A DNA stretch of 58,270 nucleotides, the filler included, from Sandaracinaceae bacterium (GTDB taxonomy: Bacteria; Myxococcota_A; Polyangia; Polyangiales; JADJQN01): NCBI GenBank assembly GCA_947483975.1. It is 5 parts of 5 records of this genome, joined end to end, with 100 filler letters (N's around TTAATTAATTAA, not from the genome) between each part and the next. Parts side by side here need not be neighbours in the genome. Positions count along the whole stretch, not along the records: positions 46,761 to 58,270 come from CANKOL010000144.1; 4 more parts are not named here. One strand, given 5' to 3'. The translations under genes were made by a program, and so were the position numbers. This document shows, in pieces, positions 46,661-57,859 of the stretch; within the stretch, counting starts at the first letter, position 1; every line of letters starts with the position of its first letter. The notes beneath the pieces were generated by a model. That model searched no databases and was not told the origin of the DNA. It was given only the letters and a program-made list of their open reading frames with translations.

Positions 46661-46760
46661 NNNNNNNNNNNNNNNNNNNNNNNNNNNNNNNNNNNNNNNN
46701 NNNNTTAATTAATTAANNNNNNNNNNNNNNNNNNNNNNNNNNNNNNNNNNNNNNNNNNNN
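46661..46760. other. Artificial contig-joining linker
   Basis: N44-TTAATTAATTAA-N44. Confidence 0.99.
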
Positions 46761-46871
46761 CGCATCGCGGCGGCGGGCGGAATTCTCGCGGCGCACGCGG
46801 CCCGCTGAGTCTCGCGGCGCCCCCGACCCACGCGCTCGACGACCCCGGCGGCCGTCGCCTCGCACGCAGCG

Positions 46872-46900
46872 TTGACGGCCTCCGGGTCCGCTGCTAGATA
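46872..46900 (+). promoter_or_regulatory. Candidate sigma70 promoter of the atp operon
   Basis: TTGACG-N17-TAGATA with an extended TG. Confidence 0.55.
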
Positions 46901-46973
46901 GCGCGCGCTTACGGCCCCCCCAGCGCGCGCTTCCCGCGCGCTTTTCGCCCTACGCGCTCGCACCGAGGATCCG

Positions 46974-47441
46974 ATGCCCTCCCTCCTCAGCGTCGTCCTG
47001 TCCGAAGGCTCGATCATCGACCTCGACGGGACACTCTTCCTCCAGCTCGGGATCTTCCTCGTCCTCTTCTTCGTGCTGAGGGCGCTCGTCTTCAAGCCGA
47101 TGACGAGCCTCTTCGCCGCGCGCGAAGCCGCGATCGACGGCGCGCGCGAAGAAGCGCGCCGCATGGAGCGCGAAGCGAAGGAGCAGTCCGGCAGCTTCGA
47201 CGAGGCGATCCACCAGGTCCGCACCACCGCCGGTGAGGAGCGCGACAAGCTCCGCGCGGACGGCCTCAAGATCGAGAAGGCCCTGCTCGACACCGTCAAG
47301 GAGGAGACCACCAAGCTCCTTGAGACCGCGGAGACGCGGCTCGCCGGCGAGCGCGAGGGCATCCGCCGCGACATGGCGGCCCAGGCGCCCGTCCTCGCCC
47401 GCCAGATCGCCAGCAAGCTGCTCGGCCGAGAGGTTCAGTGA
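46974..47441 (+). CDS. ATP synthase F0 subunit b'
   Basis: TLFLQLGIFLVLFFVLRALVFKP...R...I followed by a coiled coil. Confidence 0.88.
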   Translation: MPSLLSVVLSEGSIIDLDGTLFLQLGIFLVLFFVLRALVFKPMTSLFAAREAAIDGAREEARRMEREAKEQSGSFDEAIHQVRTTAGEERDKLRADGLKIEKALLDTVKEETTKLLETAETRLAGEREGIRRDMAAQAPVLARQIASKLLGREVQ

Positions 47442-48145
47442 TGCGCACCGCACTCCGCCTCGCCGCCTTGACCCTCGCCCTCTTCGTCGCCGCCGCGGCC
47501 CCCGTCGCGCTCGCCCAGGACGCGCACGAAGGCGTCACCGCAGAGCATGAAGGCGCAGCTCACGAGGAGGGCCACGTCAACGTGCTCCAGCTCGTCGCGG
47601 GCTTCGTGAATTTCGCGATTCTCCTCGGCATCCTCGTCTACCTCGCGCGCAAGCCCACGCAGGCTTTCTTGGTGTCGCGCCGCGCCGCCGTCGTCGAAGG
47701 CCTCGCCGAGGCGGAGAAGATGAAGATCGCGGCCGAGGCGAAGTACGAAGAGTACCAGAAGCGCCTCGCGAACCTCGACGCCGAGCTCGCGCAGATCAAG
47801 GCCGAGATCATCGCGTCCGGCGAGGCCGACCGTCAGGCCATCGTCGCCGAGGCCGAGCGCAAGGCGTCGCGCCTGCGCCGCGAGACCGAGTTCCTGATCG
47901 AGCAGCAGCTGAAGCAGCTGCGCGTCGACCTGACCAAGGAGACCGTCGAGGCCGCGATGGTCGCCGCCGAGAAGGTCCTGCGCGAGCGCGCCACCGGCGA
48001 CGATCAGCAGCGCCTCGCGAAGGCGTACCTCGCGAAGCTCGGCCCCGCGACCCGGCCCTCGAACGCGCCCCCGCGGCCCTCCACCCCCCCGGGCACCGCG
48101 CCCGCCGGTGGCGCAGCCTCGGGTACCCAGGGAGGTGCAGCGTGA
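47438..48145 (+). CDS. atpF: ATP synthase F0 subunit b
   Basis: VNFAILLGILVYLARKP...RR followed by a coiled coil; operon position. Confidence 0.88.
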   Translation: MMRTALRLAALTLALFVAAAAPVALAQDAHEGVTAEHEGAAHEEGHVNVLQLVAGFVNFAILLGILVYLARKPTQAFLVSRRAAVVEGLAEAEKMKIAAEAKYEEYQKRLANLDAELAQIKAEIIASGEADRQAIVAEAERKASRLRRETEFLIEQQLKQLRVDLTKETVEAAMVAAEKVLRERATGDDQQRLAKAYLAKLGPATRPSNAPPRPSTPPGTAPAGGAASGTQGGAA

Positions 48146-48681
48146 GCGCCATCGGACGACGGTACGCCAAGGCCCTCCTCGAGCTCGCCATGCAGGGCAA
48201 GCAAGAGGACATGATCGGCAACGAGCTCGATGCCCTCGCGGCCTCGTGGGAGACCAGCGCGGACCTCCGCGACGTCTTCCAGAGCCCGAACATCGACGCC
48301 GCGAGCCGCACCAAGGTCATCGACGCGATCGCCGCCCGCATGGGGCTCTCCGGCACGATGCGGAACACCGTGAAGCTCCTCGCGGACCGCAACCGCTTCC
48401 GCTACGTGCGCGCGATCGCTCGCGCCTATCACACGCTGCGCGAGGAGCGCGGCGGCGTCGTGCTCGCCGAGGTCGTCTCGGCGACCGTGCTCCCGGACGC
48501 GTACTTCCTCGAGCTCGAGCGCGCGCTCGGGCTCGTCACCGGCCGCAAGGTGCGCATCGAGAAGCGCGTCGACGCCTCCCTCATCGCGGGCGTCGTCACC
48601 AAGGTCGGCGACAAGGTCTTCGACGGCAGCGTGAAGAATCGCCTCGCCGAGCTCCGCGCCGCGATGCTCGACGCCAGCTAA
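48142..48681 (+). CDS. atpH: ATP synthase F1 delta
   Basis: RRYAKAL and VDASLIAGVVTKVGDKVFDGSVKNRL. Confidence 0.95.
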   Translation: MSAIGRRYAKALLELAMQGKQEDMIGNELDALAASWETSADLRDVFQSPNIDAASRTKVIDAIAARMGLSGTMRNTVKLLADRNRFRYVRAIARAYHTLREERGGVVLAEVVSATVLPDAYFLELERALGLVTGRKVRIEKRVDASLIAGVVTKVGDKVFDGSVKNRLAELRAAMLDAS

Positions 48682-48786
48682 GCCCGCTCTCGCTCCGCCG
48701 CCCCGAACGCAAAGCTTTCCCCCACCAGATTCCCCCGATCGACCAGCGCGCAAAGCCCTCAGGGCAGCGCGACCAAGAGGCCCCCG

Positions 48787-50448
<1,662 letters not shown>

Positions 50449-50463
50449 TCCTAGAAAAACGCC

Positions 50464-51336
50464 ATGGCGAACCTCAAGGCGATCCGTAAGCGCATCGGAA
50501 GCGTGAAGAACACGCAGAAGATCACGCGCGCCATGAAGATGGTCGCGGCGGCGCGCCTGCGCCGAGCGCAGCAAGCGATCACGGAGCTGCGCCCCTACGC
50601 GCAGAAGACGCTCGAGGTCCTCTCGAGCGTCGCGGCGCGCGCGGCGAGCGACGACGTCGTGCACCCGCTGCTCGTGCGGCGCGAGGTGAAGAACGTGATG
50701 CTCGTCGTGCTGACGAGCGATCGCGGGCTCGCCGGCGCGTTCAACACGAACATCAACAAGGCGGCGTTGGCGTTCCTCAAGGAGCTCGAGGCCGAGGGCA
50801 AGACGGTCTCCGTCGCCGTCATCGGGCGCAAGGGCAAGGAATACTTCGCCCGCCGCAACGTCACGATCCGGCACACGTTCACCGGCGTGTTCGAGCACCT
50901 CTCCGTCGCGAAGGCGACGGAGATCGGCATGGACCTCGCGGCGGAGTACGAGCGCTCGGAGCTCGACGCGATCTACCTCTGCTACAACGAGTTCAAGAGC
51001 GCGCTGACCCAGAAGGTGACGATCGAGGCGCTGCTGCCGATCACGCCGATGCCGATCGTCGAGCCGGACACCGCGGTCGACTTCATCTACGAGCCGGACA
51101 AGCAGGCGCTCCTCGATCGCCTGCTCCCGATGTACGCCGAGGTCGAGGTCTTCCGCGCGCTGCTCGAGAGCGTCGCGTCGGAGCACGGCGCCCGCATGAC
51201 GGCGATGGACAACGCGACCAACAACGCGAGCGAGCTCGTCGGCAAGCTGACGCTGATCTACAACCGCGCTCGTCAGGCGGCGATCACCAAAGAGCTCATG
51301 GAGATCATCGGCGGCGCCGAGGCTCTCAAGGGCTGA
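50464..51336 (+). CDS. atpG: ATP synthase F1 gamma
   Basis: KITRAMKMVAA, SDRGLAG and RQAAITKELMEI. Confidence 0.99.
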   Translation: MANLKAIRKRIGSVKNTQKITRAMKMVAAARLRRAQQAITELRPYAQKTLEVLSSVAARAASDDVVHPLLVRREVKNVMLVVLTSDRGLAGAFNTNINKAALAFLKELEAEGKTVSVAVIGRKGKEYFARRNVTIRHTFTGVFEHLSVAKATEIGMDLAAEYERSELDAIYLCYNEFKSALTQKVTIEALLPITPMPIVEPDTAVDFIYEPDKQALLDRLLPMYAEVEVFRALLESVASEHGARMTAMDNATNNASELVGKLTLIYNRARQAAITKELMEIIGGAEALKG

Positions 51337-51399
51337 GCGCTTCTGCTGCCTCCGCTCACTCGCTCGATCGCCCATTTCAGTGGGCCGCGGCGCGCGCTG

Positions 51400-53304
51400 G
51401 TGCTCGCCCTCGCGCTGCTTTGGACGGCGTGCGGCGACTCCGCCGCCGCGACGCCCGACGCAGGAGCCGAGTTCGATTCCGGCATCGCGCGCGACTCGGG
51501 TGCTGAGCTCGATTCAGGCATCGAGTCCGACTCAGGCATCGAGTCCGACTCAGGCATCGAGTCCGACTCAGGCATCGAGTCCGACTCAGGCATCGAGTCC
51601 GACTCAGGCATCGAGTCCGATTCAGGCATCGAGTCCGACTCAGGCATCGAGTCCGACTCAGGCATCGAGTCCGACTCAGGCCTGATGTTCGACTCAGGCA
51701 CGGACTTCGACGCTGGGGTCGCAGCCGACGCTGGGGTCGCAGCCGACGCTGGGGCCGGCGCCGACGGTGGAGTCTGCGATCCCGGCTATGGGCGCTTCGG
51801 CGCCCCGACGACGACGTTCGAGATCCCGGCGTCAGCCATCGTCGGCGACGCGATCTACCTCGCCGACGTGCAGGCTCGCTTCCCGTCGGTCGACTGGGCG
51901 ACGTTGGACCGCCTGTACATCCCCGCGGGTCACTATCGCTATCTGTACCTGCACAACCTCCCGGTGCGGACGGCGGCTCACCCGCTCGTCATCACGAACC
52001 GCGGCGGGCAGGTGTGGGTCGGCGCGCTCGGGCACTACTACCTGATCTCGCTCGGCGGGGGCGCCAACTGGGTGTTCACCGGGCGCTATGATCCCGTGTC
52101 GGGCACGGGCGACGCGGGCTTTCGCGGGCACGAGTGCGGGGTCTACGCGAACACGCGCGACACCTACGGCTTCCTCGTCGACGACGACTTCATGGACGCG
52201 AGCCGCATCGGCGTCGGCATCGGCGGCTGCGCAGCGGGGAGCGTGCCGCCGACGCAGTGCACGACCGACTTCGAGCTCGAGTTCGTCGAGGTGCGCGAGA
52301 TCGGCTTTGCCGGAGTGTCGGTCAAGACGAACGACGTCGGCGTCGAGGCGACCATGCGGAACGTGCGCTTGCACGACCTCTACATCCACGACACCGGCAG
52401 CGAGGGCTTCTACATCGGCAGCACCGCCGCGGAGCCACAGCACGCCTTCGAGGGGCTGCACGTCTATCAGAATCGCGTGCTGCGCACGGGCACGGAGCTC
52501 GTGCAGCTCGGGCAGCTCGGCGACGGCTGCGAGGTCGACCACAACGTGTTCGCGCTCGGCGCGCTCGACTGGCGCGCGGCGTTTCAGCGCTATCAGGACA
52601 ACGCGCTGCAGCTCGGCGCGCGCTACGGGCAGACGCGCTTTCACCACAACGTGCTGATCGGCGCGGCGGACTCCCTGATGAGTGTGTTTCCGCAGCTGCG
52701 CACCGGGGACCTGCACGACGCGCCCTCGAGCCTCGAGATCACGGACAACTACGTCGCCGACGGGCTGCGCTCGGCCATGTACCTCGCGAACGCCGACGCA
52801 CCGGGCATGACCATTCGCCTCGAGCGCAATCAGCTGCGTGGGCTCGTGTTCGGCTACGACTCGGTCTATCCCGGCACCGTGCCGCCGACGTCGCTCTTCA
52901 ACATCGCGCTCTCGACGTCGCCCGTCGAGCTCACCGACAATCTATTCGACTCACCGCTCGCGCTGAGCAACCGCGTCGGCGGCAACGTCACCGAGACAGG
53001 CAGCGTGCGAGGGCCCGTCGCGACGCTGCGCTTCGTCGACTTCATGCCGCTCGACCCGAGCGTGCCGTCCCGCGCGGTGGAGCTGTGGACGGACTTCGCG
53101 ACGCTCAGCGCCGGCGCGCCCGCCGTCTACTACGACCCTGGGGCGCTCGTGATGCACCTCGGTGTGCTCTACGAGAACGTCGGCGTGCGGCACACGGGGC
53201 AGCCGCCCGACGCGCACCCCGAGACGTGGCGCGCCCTGCCGCTGCCCGCCGACGACGTCCGCCTGCCGCCCGGCTCGCCCTACGGCGCGTTCGGGCTGCG
53301 CTAG
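51400..53304 (+). CDS. Lipoprotein: DSGIES repeat linker + right-handed beta-helix + C-terminal CBM5/12-like module
   Basis: Lipobox WTAC; parallel beta-helix-type repeats (IHDTGSEGFYIG, NRVLRTG.E..QLG); C-terminal Y.PG.LV...G.LY...P....W. Confidence 0.65.
   Translation: MLALALLWTACGDSAAATPDAGAEFDSGIARDSGAELDSGIESDSGIESDSGIESDSGIESDSGIESDSGIESDSGIESDSGIESDSGIESDSGLMFDSGTDFDAGVAADAGVAADAGAGADGGVCDPGYGRFGAPTTTFEIPASAIVGDAIYLADVQARFPSVDWATLDRLYIPAGHYRYLYLHNLPVRTAAHPLVITNRGGQVWVGALGHYYLISLGGGANWVFTGRYDPVSGTGDAGFRGHECGVYANTRDTYGFLVDDDFMDASRIGVGIGGCAAGSVPPTQCTTDFELEFVEVREIGFAGVSVKTNDVGVEATMRNVRLHDLYIHDTGSEGFYIGSTAAEPQHAFEGLHVYQNRVLRTGTELVQLGQLGDGCEVDHNVFALGALDWRAAFQRYQDNALQLGARYGQTRFHHNVLIGAADSLMSVFPQLRTGDLHDAPSSLEITDNYVADGLRSAMYLANADAPGMTIRLERNQLRGLVFGYDSVYPGTVPPTSLFNIALSTSPVELTDNLFDSPLALSNRVGGNVTETGSVRGPVATLRFVDFMPLDPSVPSRAVELWTDFATLSAGAPAVYYDPGALVMHLGVLYENVGVRHTGQPPDAHPETWRALPLPADDVRLPPGSPYGAFGLR
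51511..51681 (+). repeat. Coding tandem repeat, about 9.5 x 18 bp (GACTCAGGCATCGAGTCC = DSGIES)
   Basis: Near-perfect tandem units, with degenerate copies on both flanks. Confidence 0.97.
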
Positions 53305-53360
53305 CTGCGACGTAGACGGGAGCGCGGCGTGAGAGGCGTGCGCGGCCTTCGCGCGCCGCG

Positions 53361-53735
53361 TCACGGCTTCAGCGAGTCACGCTGCCGCTGAAGCTCCCGA
53401 GCGGCAGCGATCGCCTTCGGGAAGCCTGCGTACGCGGCGAGGAGCGCAAACATCTCGTCCAACTCACCCGGCGTCACGCCCTCGCGAACGGCCACCTCGA
53501 GGTGCTGAACTGCGCCATCGGGCAAGCCGCCCGTCGCTGCGATCATGGCCCCGATCAACAGCTCTCGATACCGCACCGGCAGCTGCTTCAAACTGTAGAG
53601 TTCGCCGAAGACGAACGAGGATGCCTTGTGAGAAAGGGTCGGCGCGACTCCGCCCACCCACGAGTGCACCAAGCGCTCACCGTCCCACCCGAGTTCCTCC
53701 AGATTCGCCCGCGCGCTCGCGCCCTCGTCGCTCAT
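53361..53735 (-). CDS. Carboxymuconolactone decarboxylase family protein
   Basis: Start at MSDEG; VFGELY...RELL...H...A...GVT..EL.E.......YAGFPKA. Confidence 0.8.
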   Translation of the reverse strand: MSDEGASARANLEELGWDGERLVHSWVGGVAPTLSHKASSFVFGELYSLKQLPVRYRELLIGAMIAATGGLPDGAVQHLEVAVREGVTPGELDEMFALLAAYAGFPKAIAAARELQRQRDSLKP

Positions 53736-53972
53736 GCTCTCTCCCGCAAGTCCATGGTGGATGCCGTCCTGCGAACCGTTGCGCGCGCAGCATAATCTCA
53801 ACCGCGCGGGCGGCATATCCACGAGTTGCGGGCGCGTTCGCTCGTACCGGCGCTCTTCGATGGCCGGAGGACCGTCCGCGCCGGCCGAAACGGTGACCTC
53901 GCGCGGAAGTCGCAAGTGGCGCACGCTGCTGTCAGTCGCGGATTTGGTGGTCGAGCGGTTAGGACACCAACC

Positions 53973-56009
53973 ATGATCGTTCCTAGAGCCAACGTAGTGC
54001 GCGCGCCGCAGAGCGCGTCCGTGGCGGTCGGGCCTGAGGCGGAGAATCCGGGCGAACGCGCGGGCGCGACGCGCGGGGAGGAATCTCTCGCGCAGGAGCT
54101 TGCGGCGACGCGCGCGCACCTCGGGGCGCTGATCGAGCAGCTCGAGGAGGAGAACGCGGGGCTGTTGCGGCGAGATCTCGAGACGCGCCACGCCAACGAT
54201 GACCTGACGAACGTGCTGAGCAGCGTCGGAATCGCCATCGTGCTGCTCGACCGGGAGCTGCGCGTTCGACGCTTCACGCCGGAAGCCGGGCGACTGCTGC
54301 GGCTCACGCGCGCGGACCTCGGGCGTCGGCTGAGCGACCTCGAGTCGCCGCTGCACGCGCCCGACCTGCTCGCGACGGTGCGCGAGGTGCTCGAGAGCCT
54401 CGTGCCGCGCGACGAGACGGTCACCGACGACGCGGGGCATGGGTACAAGCTCGCGGTGCGCGCGTATCAGGCCCAGGACGGAAAGATCGACGGCACCGTC
54501 CTCAGCCTCGTGAACATCGACGGAATCCTGCGCAGCCGCGCGCTGCTGACCGAAGCGCACGAGCACGCGGAGTCCATCGTCGACACGGTGCAGGTTCCGC
54601 TCGTCGTGCTCGAGGACAGCCGCCGGGTGCGCTCGGCGAATCGCGCGTTCTACGAGGCGTTCGGGCTCACGCGCGAGCAGGTCGCGGGCGAGCGCTTCGA
54701 CGACCTCGGAGATCCGTCGTGGAGCACCCCGACGCTGCGGGCGGCGCTCGCGCGCCTCACGCTCGGCGAGGCGATCGACGGCGTGCGCCTCGAGCTCAGC
54801 GTGCCGCTCCGCGGCGAGCGGACGGTGGTCCTCTCCGGGCGTCCGATGGCCCGCGCGGCGGGGCGTCCGCGGCGCTTCTTGCTCGCGCTCGAGGACCTCA
54901 CCGAGGCGATGAAGAGCGAGGCGCTCGTGCGCCGCAGCGAGAAGTCGCTGCGCGACATGCTCGCGGCCGCGTCGGAGGCGATCCTGATCGTCCGGCAGGA
55001 CGGCACGGTCACGTTCGCGAACCCGATGGCCGTCCGCACGTTCGGCTATGCGCAGGAGGAGTTCCTCGGGCTGTCCGTCGACGCGCTCGTCCCCGACGCG
55101 CGACGCGCCGGCCATCCGTCGCTGCGAGCCGCCTTCACCGCGGCGGCGTGGGGCCCACAGGTGGTCATCGAGCGCGAGGTCTCGGCGCGGCGCAAGGACG
55201 GCTCGGTCTTCCCGCTGCAGCTGACGCTGAGCACGATGGAAGGCGACGACGGGCCGCTCGCCGTCGCGTTCGTCGCGGACATCACCGAGCGCAAGCAGCA
55301 CGCAGTGCGGGCGACCAAGCACAAGCAGGCCCTGCAAGACATGGCCTTCGACGCGGTGCTCGTCGAGGAGCGAGAGCGCCGGCGCATCGCCGCGGGCCTC
55401 CACGACAACGTCGGCCAAGCGCTCGCGCTCGCGCAACTCCACTTGCACACGGCGCGCTCGGCGGAGGCTGACCGGCCCCATCGAGAGTTCGAGGAAGGGC
55501 TGCGGCTGATCGCCCGGGCGATCGAGGACACGCGCTCGCTCACGTTCGAGCTGAGCCCGCCGATCCTCTACGATCTCGGCCTCGCCGCGGCGGTCAGCTG
55601 GCTCGGCGAACAGCTCGGGAAGCGGAAACGATTGAAGGTCTCGGTGACGAGCGACGACGCGCTCCCGACGCTCGACCACGACGTCGCCGCGCTGCTCTTC
55701 CGCTCGATCCGCGAGCTGCTCTCGAACGTGGTCAAGCACGCGAACACGAACACCGCCGCCGTGGCGCTGCTGCGCGACGGGCAAGACCTCTTGGTGCGGG
55801 TACGCGACGAGGGCGCGGGCTTCGATCCCTCGCGCGCCCGCGACTGGGACGCGAGCGGCGGCTTTGGCCTCTTCAGCGTGCGCGAGCAGTTGATGCGCCT
55901 CGGCGGGATCTTCGAGGTCGACTCTCGCCCGGCGCGTGGCACGAGCGTCACGCTCCGGCTGCCCCTGCAGATCGCTCAATCGAAGCTGCCCGCGCGAGAG
56001 CCCGACTGA
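53973..56009 (+). CDS. PAS-domain sensor histidine kinase (HisKA_3/NarX type)
   Basis: Three PAS domains, EERERRRIAAGLHDNVGQ, ELLSNVVKHA, RDEGAGF and GFGLFSVRE. Confidence 0.9.
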   Translation: MIVPRANVVRAPQSASVAVGPEAENPGERAGATRGEESLAQELAATRAHLGALIEQLEEENAGLLRRDLETRHANDDLTNVLSSVGIAIVLLDRELRVRRFTPEAGRLLRLTRADLGRRLSDLESPLHAPDLLATVREVLESLVPRDETVTDDAGHGYKLAVRAYQAQDGKIDGTVLSLVNIDGILRSRALLTEAHEHAESIVDTVQVPLVVLEDSRRVRSANRAFYEAFGLTREQVAGERFDDLGDPSWSTPTLRAALARLTLGEAIDGVRLELSVPLRGERTVVLSGRPMARAAGRPRRFLLALEDLTEAMKSEALVRRSEKSLRDMLAAASEAILIVRQDGTVTFANPMAVRTFGYAQEEFLGLSVDALVPDARRAGHPSLRAAFTAAAWGPQVVIEREVSARRKDGSVFPLQLTLSTMEGDDGPLAVAFVADITERKQHAVRATKHKQALQDMAFDAVLVEERERRRIAAGLHDNVGQALALAQLHLHTARSAEADRPHREFEEGLRLIARAIEDTRSLTFELSPPILYDLGLAAAVSWLGEQLGKRKRLKVSVTSDDALPTLDHDVAALLFRSIRELLSNVVKHANTNTAAVALLRDGQDLLVRVRDEGAGFDPSRARDWDASGGFGLFSVREQLMRLGGIFEVDSRPARGTSVTLRLPLQIAQSKLPAREPD

Positions 56010-56166
56010 GGCTGCTGCGCGCCGGATGTGGTCAGTCGCGGCGGCGGACGCGGTGCGCGGGCGGCACGCTGCCGTCGAGGCCGGATTTCGAGCCGAGGCT
56101 GCACCTGAACTGCGCTCCCCGCCCTGCGACGAGCGCCCCGACCGAGAGGGTCGAGGCGCGTCGAGA

Positions 56167-57786
56167 TCAGGGACTGACGGGCGGCGTCGGGGGTGTCGGC
56201 GCCGGGCCCGTGACGCCGCCGGACGTGGGCGCGCCGTGCGAGGCGCCGTCGACCTGTAGGACGTAGTTGCCGAGCATGCCTGTGCGATAGCTCGAGACGG
56301 TGACGCGGTGTGGGCCGGTGGTCTGGACTTCGTAGTCGAGCGCGGATTGGGTGCCGCCGCCGCTGTCGTCGTCTTCGGTCGTCGTGCCGGTCGGTGAGAC
56401 GACGATCAGGAAGGTGTCGAACGCCGCCGAGGTCACGCCGAAGTGCACCGTGGTGCCCGCGGTCAGGTTGAAGAGGAAGGTGTCGGCGAGCTCGCCGCCC
56501 GGACGACGACGGTCGCTGTTCTTGAGCTGACCACGGAGCGTCTGGTGGACGTTGCTCGGCGGCGTCGGCGCGCGCGGCTGCGCGACGGTGAGCGTGTAGG
56601 GGCCAGTCTCGTTGGCGCTGTAGCTCGTCGCGTAGAGCAGATAACGGCCCGCGGTGGGCACGTCGAAGACGAGCAGGCTGTCGCGCCCGGTGGTCGCGCC
56701 GTCGTCGTCCTCTTGGCGCGTGCCGTCGGGCGCGATGACGATCAGGTAGGTGTCGAGCGCGGTCGAGTTGAGGTCGACGCGGAGGCGCGTGCCGGCTTGC
56801 GCGTCGAAGGCGTAGACGTCGGCGAACTCCGCTTCCGAGAGCGCGAGATCGCCTGTCGCGAGCGTGCCAGTCGTCGGCTGACCGAGCTGCACGAGGGTGG
56901 GATTCGCGGGCGCGGGCGACGGGACGGCGTGATTCTGCCCGGCGGGGGCGACGGGCGACGGAACCGGCGGCGCGGGCGCGTTCTGCGTGACGCCGACGGC
57001 CCAGTGGGCGGTCTGCCCAGGCGCCGCGGCGAGGATCTGCAGCGTGATCGGGGCGCCGCCGTCGAGCATGAAGATCCCGTTGGACTGCTGCGCGACCGAG
57101 CGCCCGGAGGAGTCGATGCAGAGCGCGCGGAGGCGGTCCCCGTTGGGCGAGCTGACGCTGATGGTCAGCGGCTCGTGCGCGGTCGAGTTGATGTGCACGG
57201 TGTCGGCGAAGGAGCCGTCGAAGGCGCGCTCGTCGGTCGCCTCGAGCGCGCCCTGCACGGTGTGCCCGGGCGTGACGACGCCGGGCTGCCCGTCGGGGAC
57301 GGTCGGCACGACGACGGGCGGCGGGACGGCGAGGCTCGGCGCGTCGGTGCGCACGAGGACGCGATAGGCGCCCGTCGAGCGCGCGGCGTAGCTCGAGACC
57401 TGGACCTTGAGCAGGCCCGCCTGCGTCGCGACGAGGTCGATACGCGAGCGCGTGCGGTCGCCCTCCCAGTCGTCGTTGTTCATCGCGTCGACGCCGGGCG
57501 CGCTCACGTCGAGCACCGGGTCGAACTCGGTCGCGGTGACCTCGATCGTCAGGCGCGCGCCGGCGGTGACGGGCACCTCGAAGCGGTCCGCGAACACGCC
57601 GCCCGCGACCGTGCGGTCATCCGTGGCGAGCGTGCCGGTCTCGTCGAAGAGCGCGTTCGGATCGAGCGACGGCGGGCGCGGCGACGGGTGATTCGTCGAG
57701 GCGCCTCCGCAGCCCGCGAGCAGGAGGGCGACGACGAGGAGCAGCGATTGGCGAGGGAGCGTCGATTGAAGCAGGGGGAGCCTCAT
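56167..57786 (-). CDS. Lipoprotein with several PPC (pre-peptidase C-terminal) domains
   Basis: Lipobox LAGC; repeated D.Y.F...AG....DTYL....P.G....DDD...DS modules. Confidence 0.8.
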   Translation of the reverse strand: MRLPLLQSTLPRQSLLLVVALLLAGCGGASTNHPSPRPPSLDPNALFDETGTLATDDRTVAGGVFADRFEVPVTAGARLTIEVTATEFDPVLDVSAPGVDAMNNDDWEGDRTRSRIDLVATQAGLLKVQVSSYAARSTGAYRVLVRTDAPSLAVPPPVVVPTVPDGQPGVVTPGHTVQGALEATDERAFDGSFADTVHINSTAHEPLTISVSSPNGDRLRALCIDSSGRSVAQQSNGIFMLDGGAPITLQILAAAPGQTAHWAVGVTQNAPAPPVPSPVAPAGQNHAVPSPAPANPTLVQLGQPTTGTLATGDLALSEAEFADVYAFDAQAGTRLRVDLNSTALDTYLIVIAPDGTRQEDDDGATTGRDSLLVFDVPTAGRYLLYATSYSANETGPYTLTVAQPRAPTPPSNVHQTLRGQLKNSDRRRPGGELADTFLFNLTAGTTVHFGVTSAAFDTFLIVVSPTGTTTEDDDSGGGTQSALDYEVQTTGPHRVTVSSYRTGMLGNYVLQVDGASHGAPTSGGVTGPAPTPPTPPVSP

Positions 57787-57859
57787 GGTGGCGGGCGAGC
57801 GAAAGCGAAGATAGCGCAAGGACGCGAGCCTGTACGATGCGGGCCGTGGAGAGTCTCTC

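Noticed and set aside
11681..46760. TTAATTAATTAA motif recurring four times within N runs
   Set aside because: It is an artificial contig spacer. Genes on either side are not neighbours, and ORFs running into the Ns are truncations.
51511..51681. Possible CRISPR array
   Set aside because: The 18-bp units are contiguous with no spacers, are in frame within a CDS, and have no cas genes nearby.
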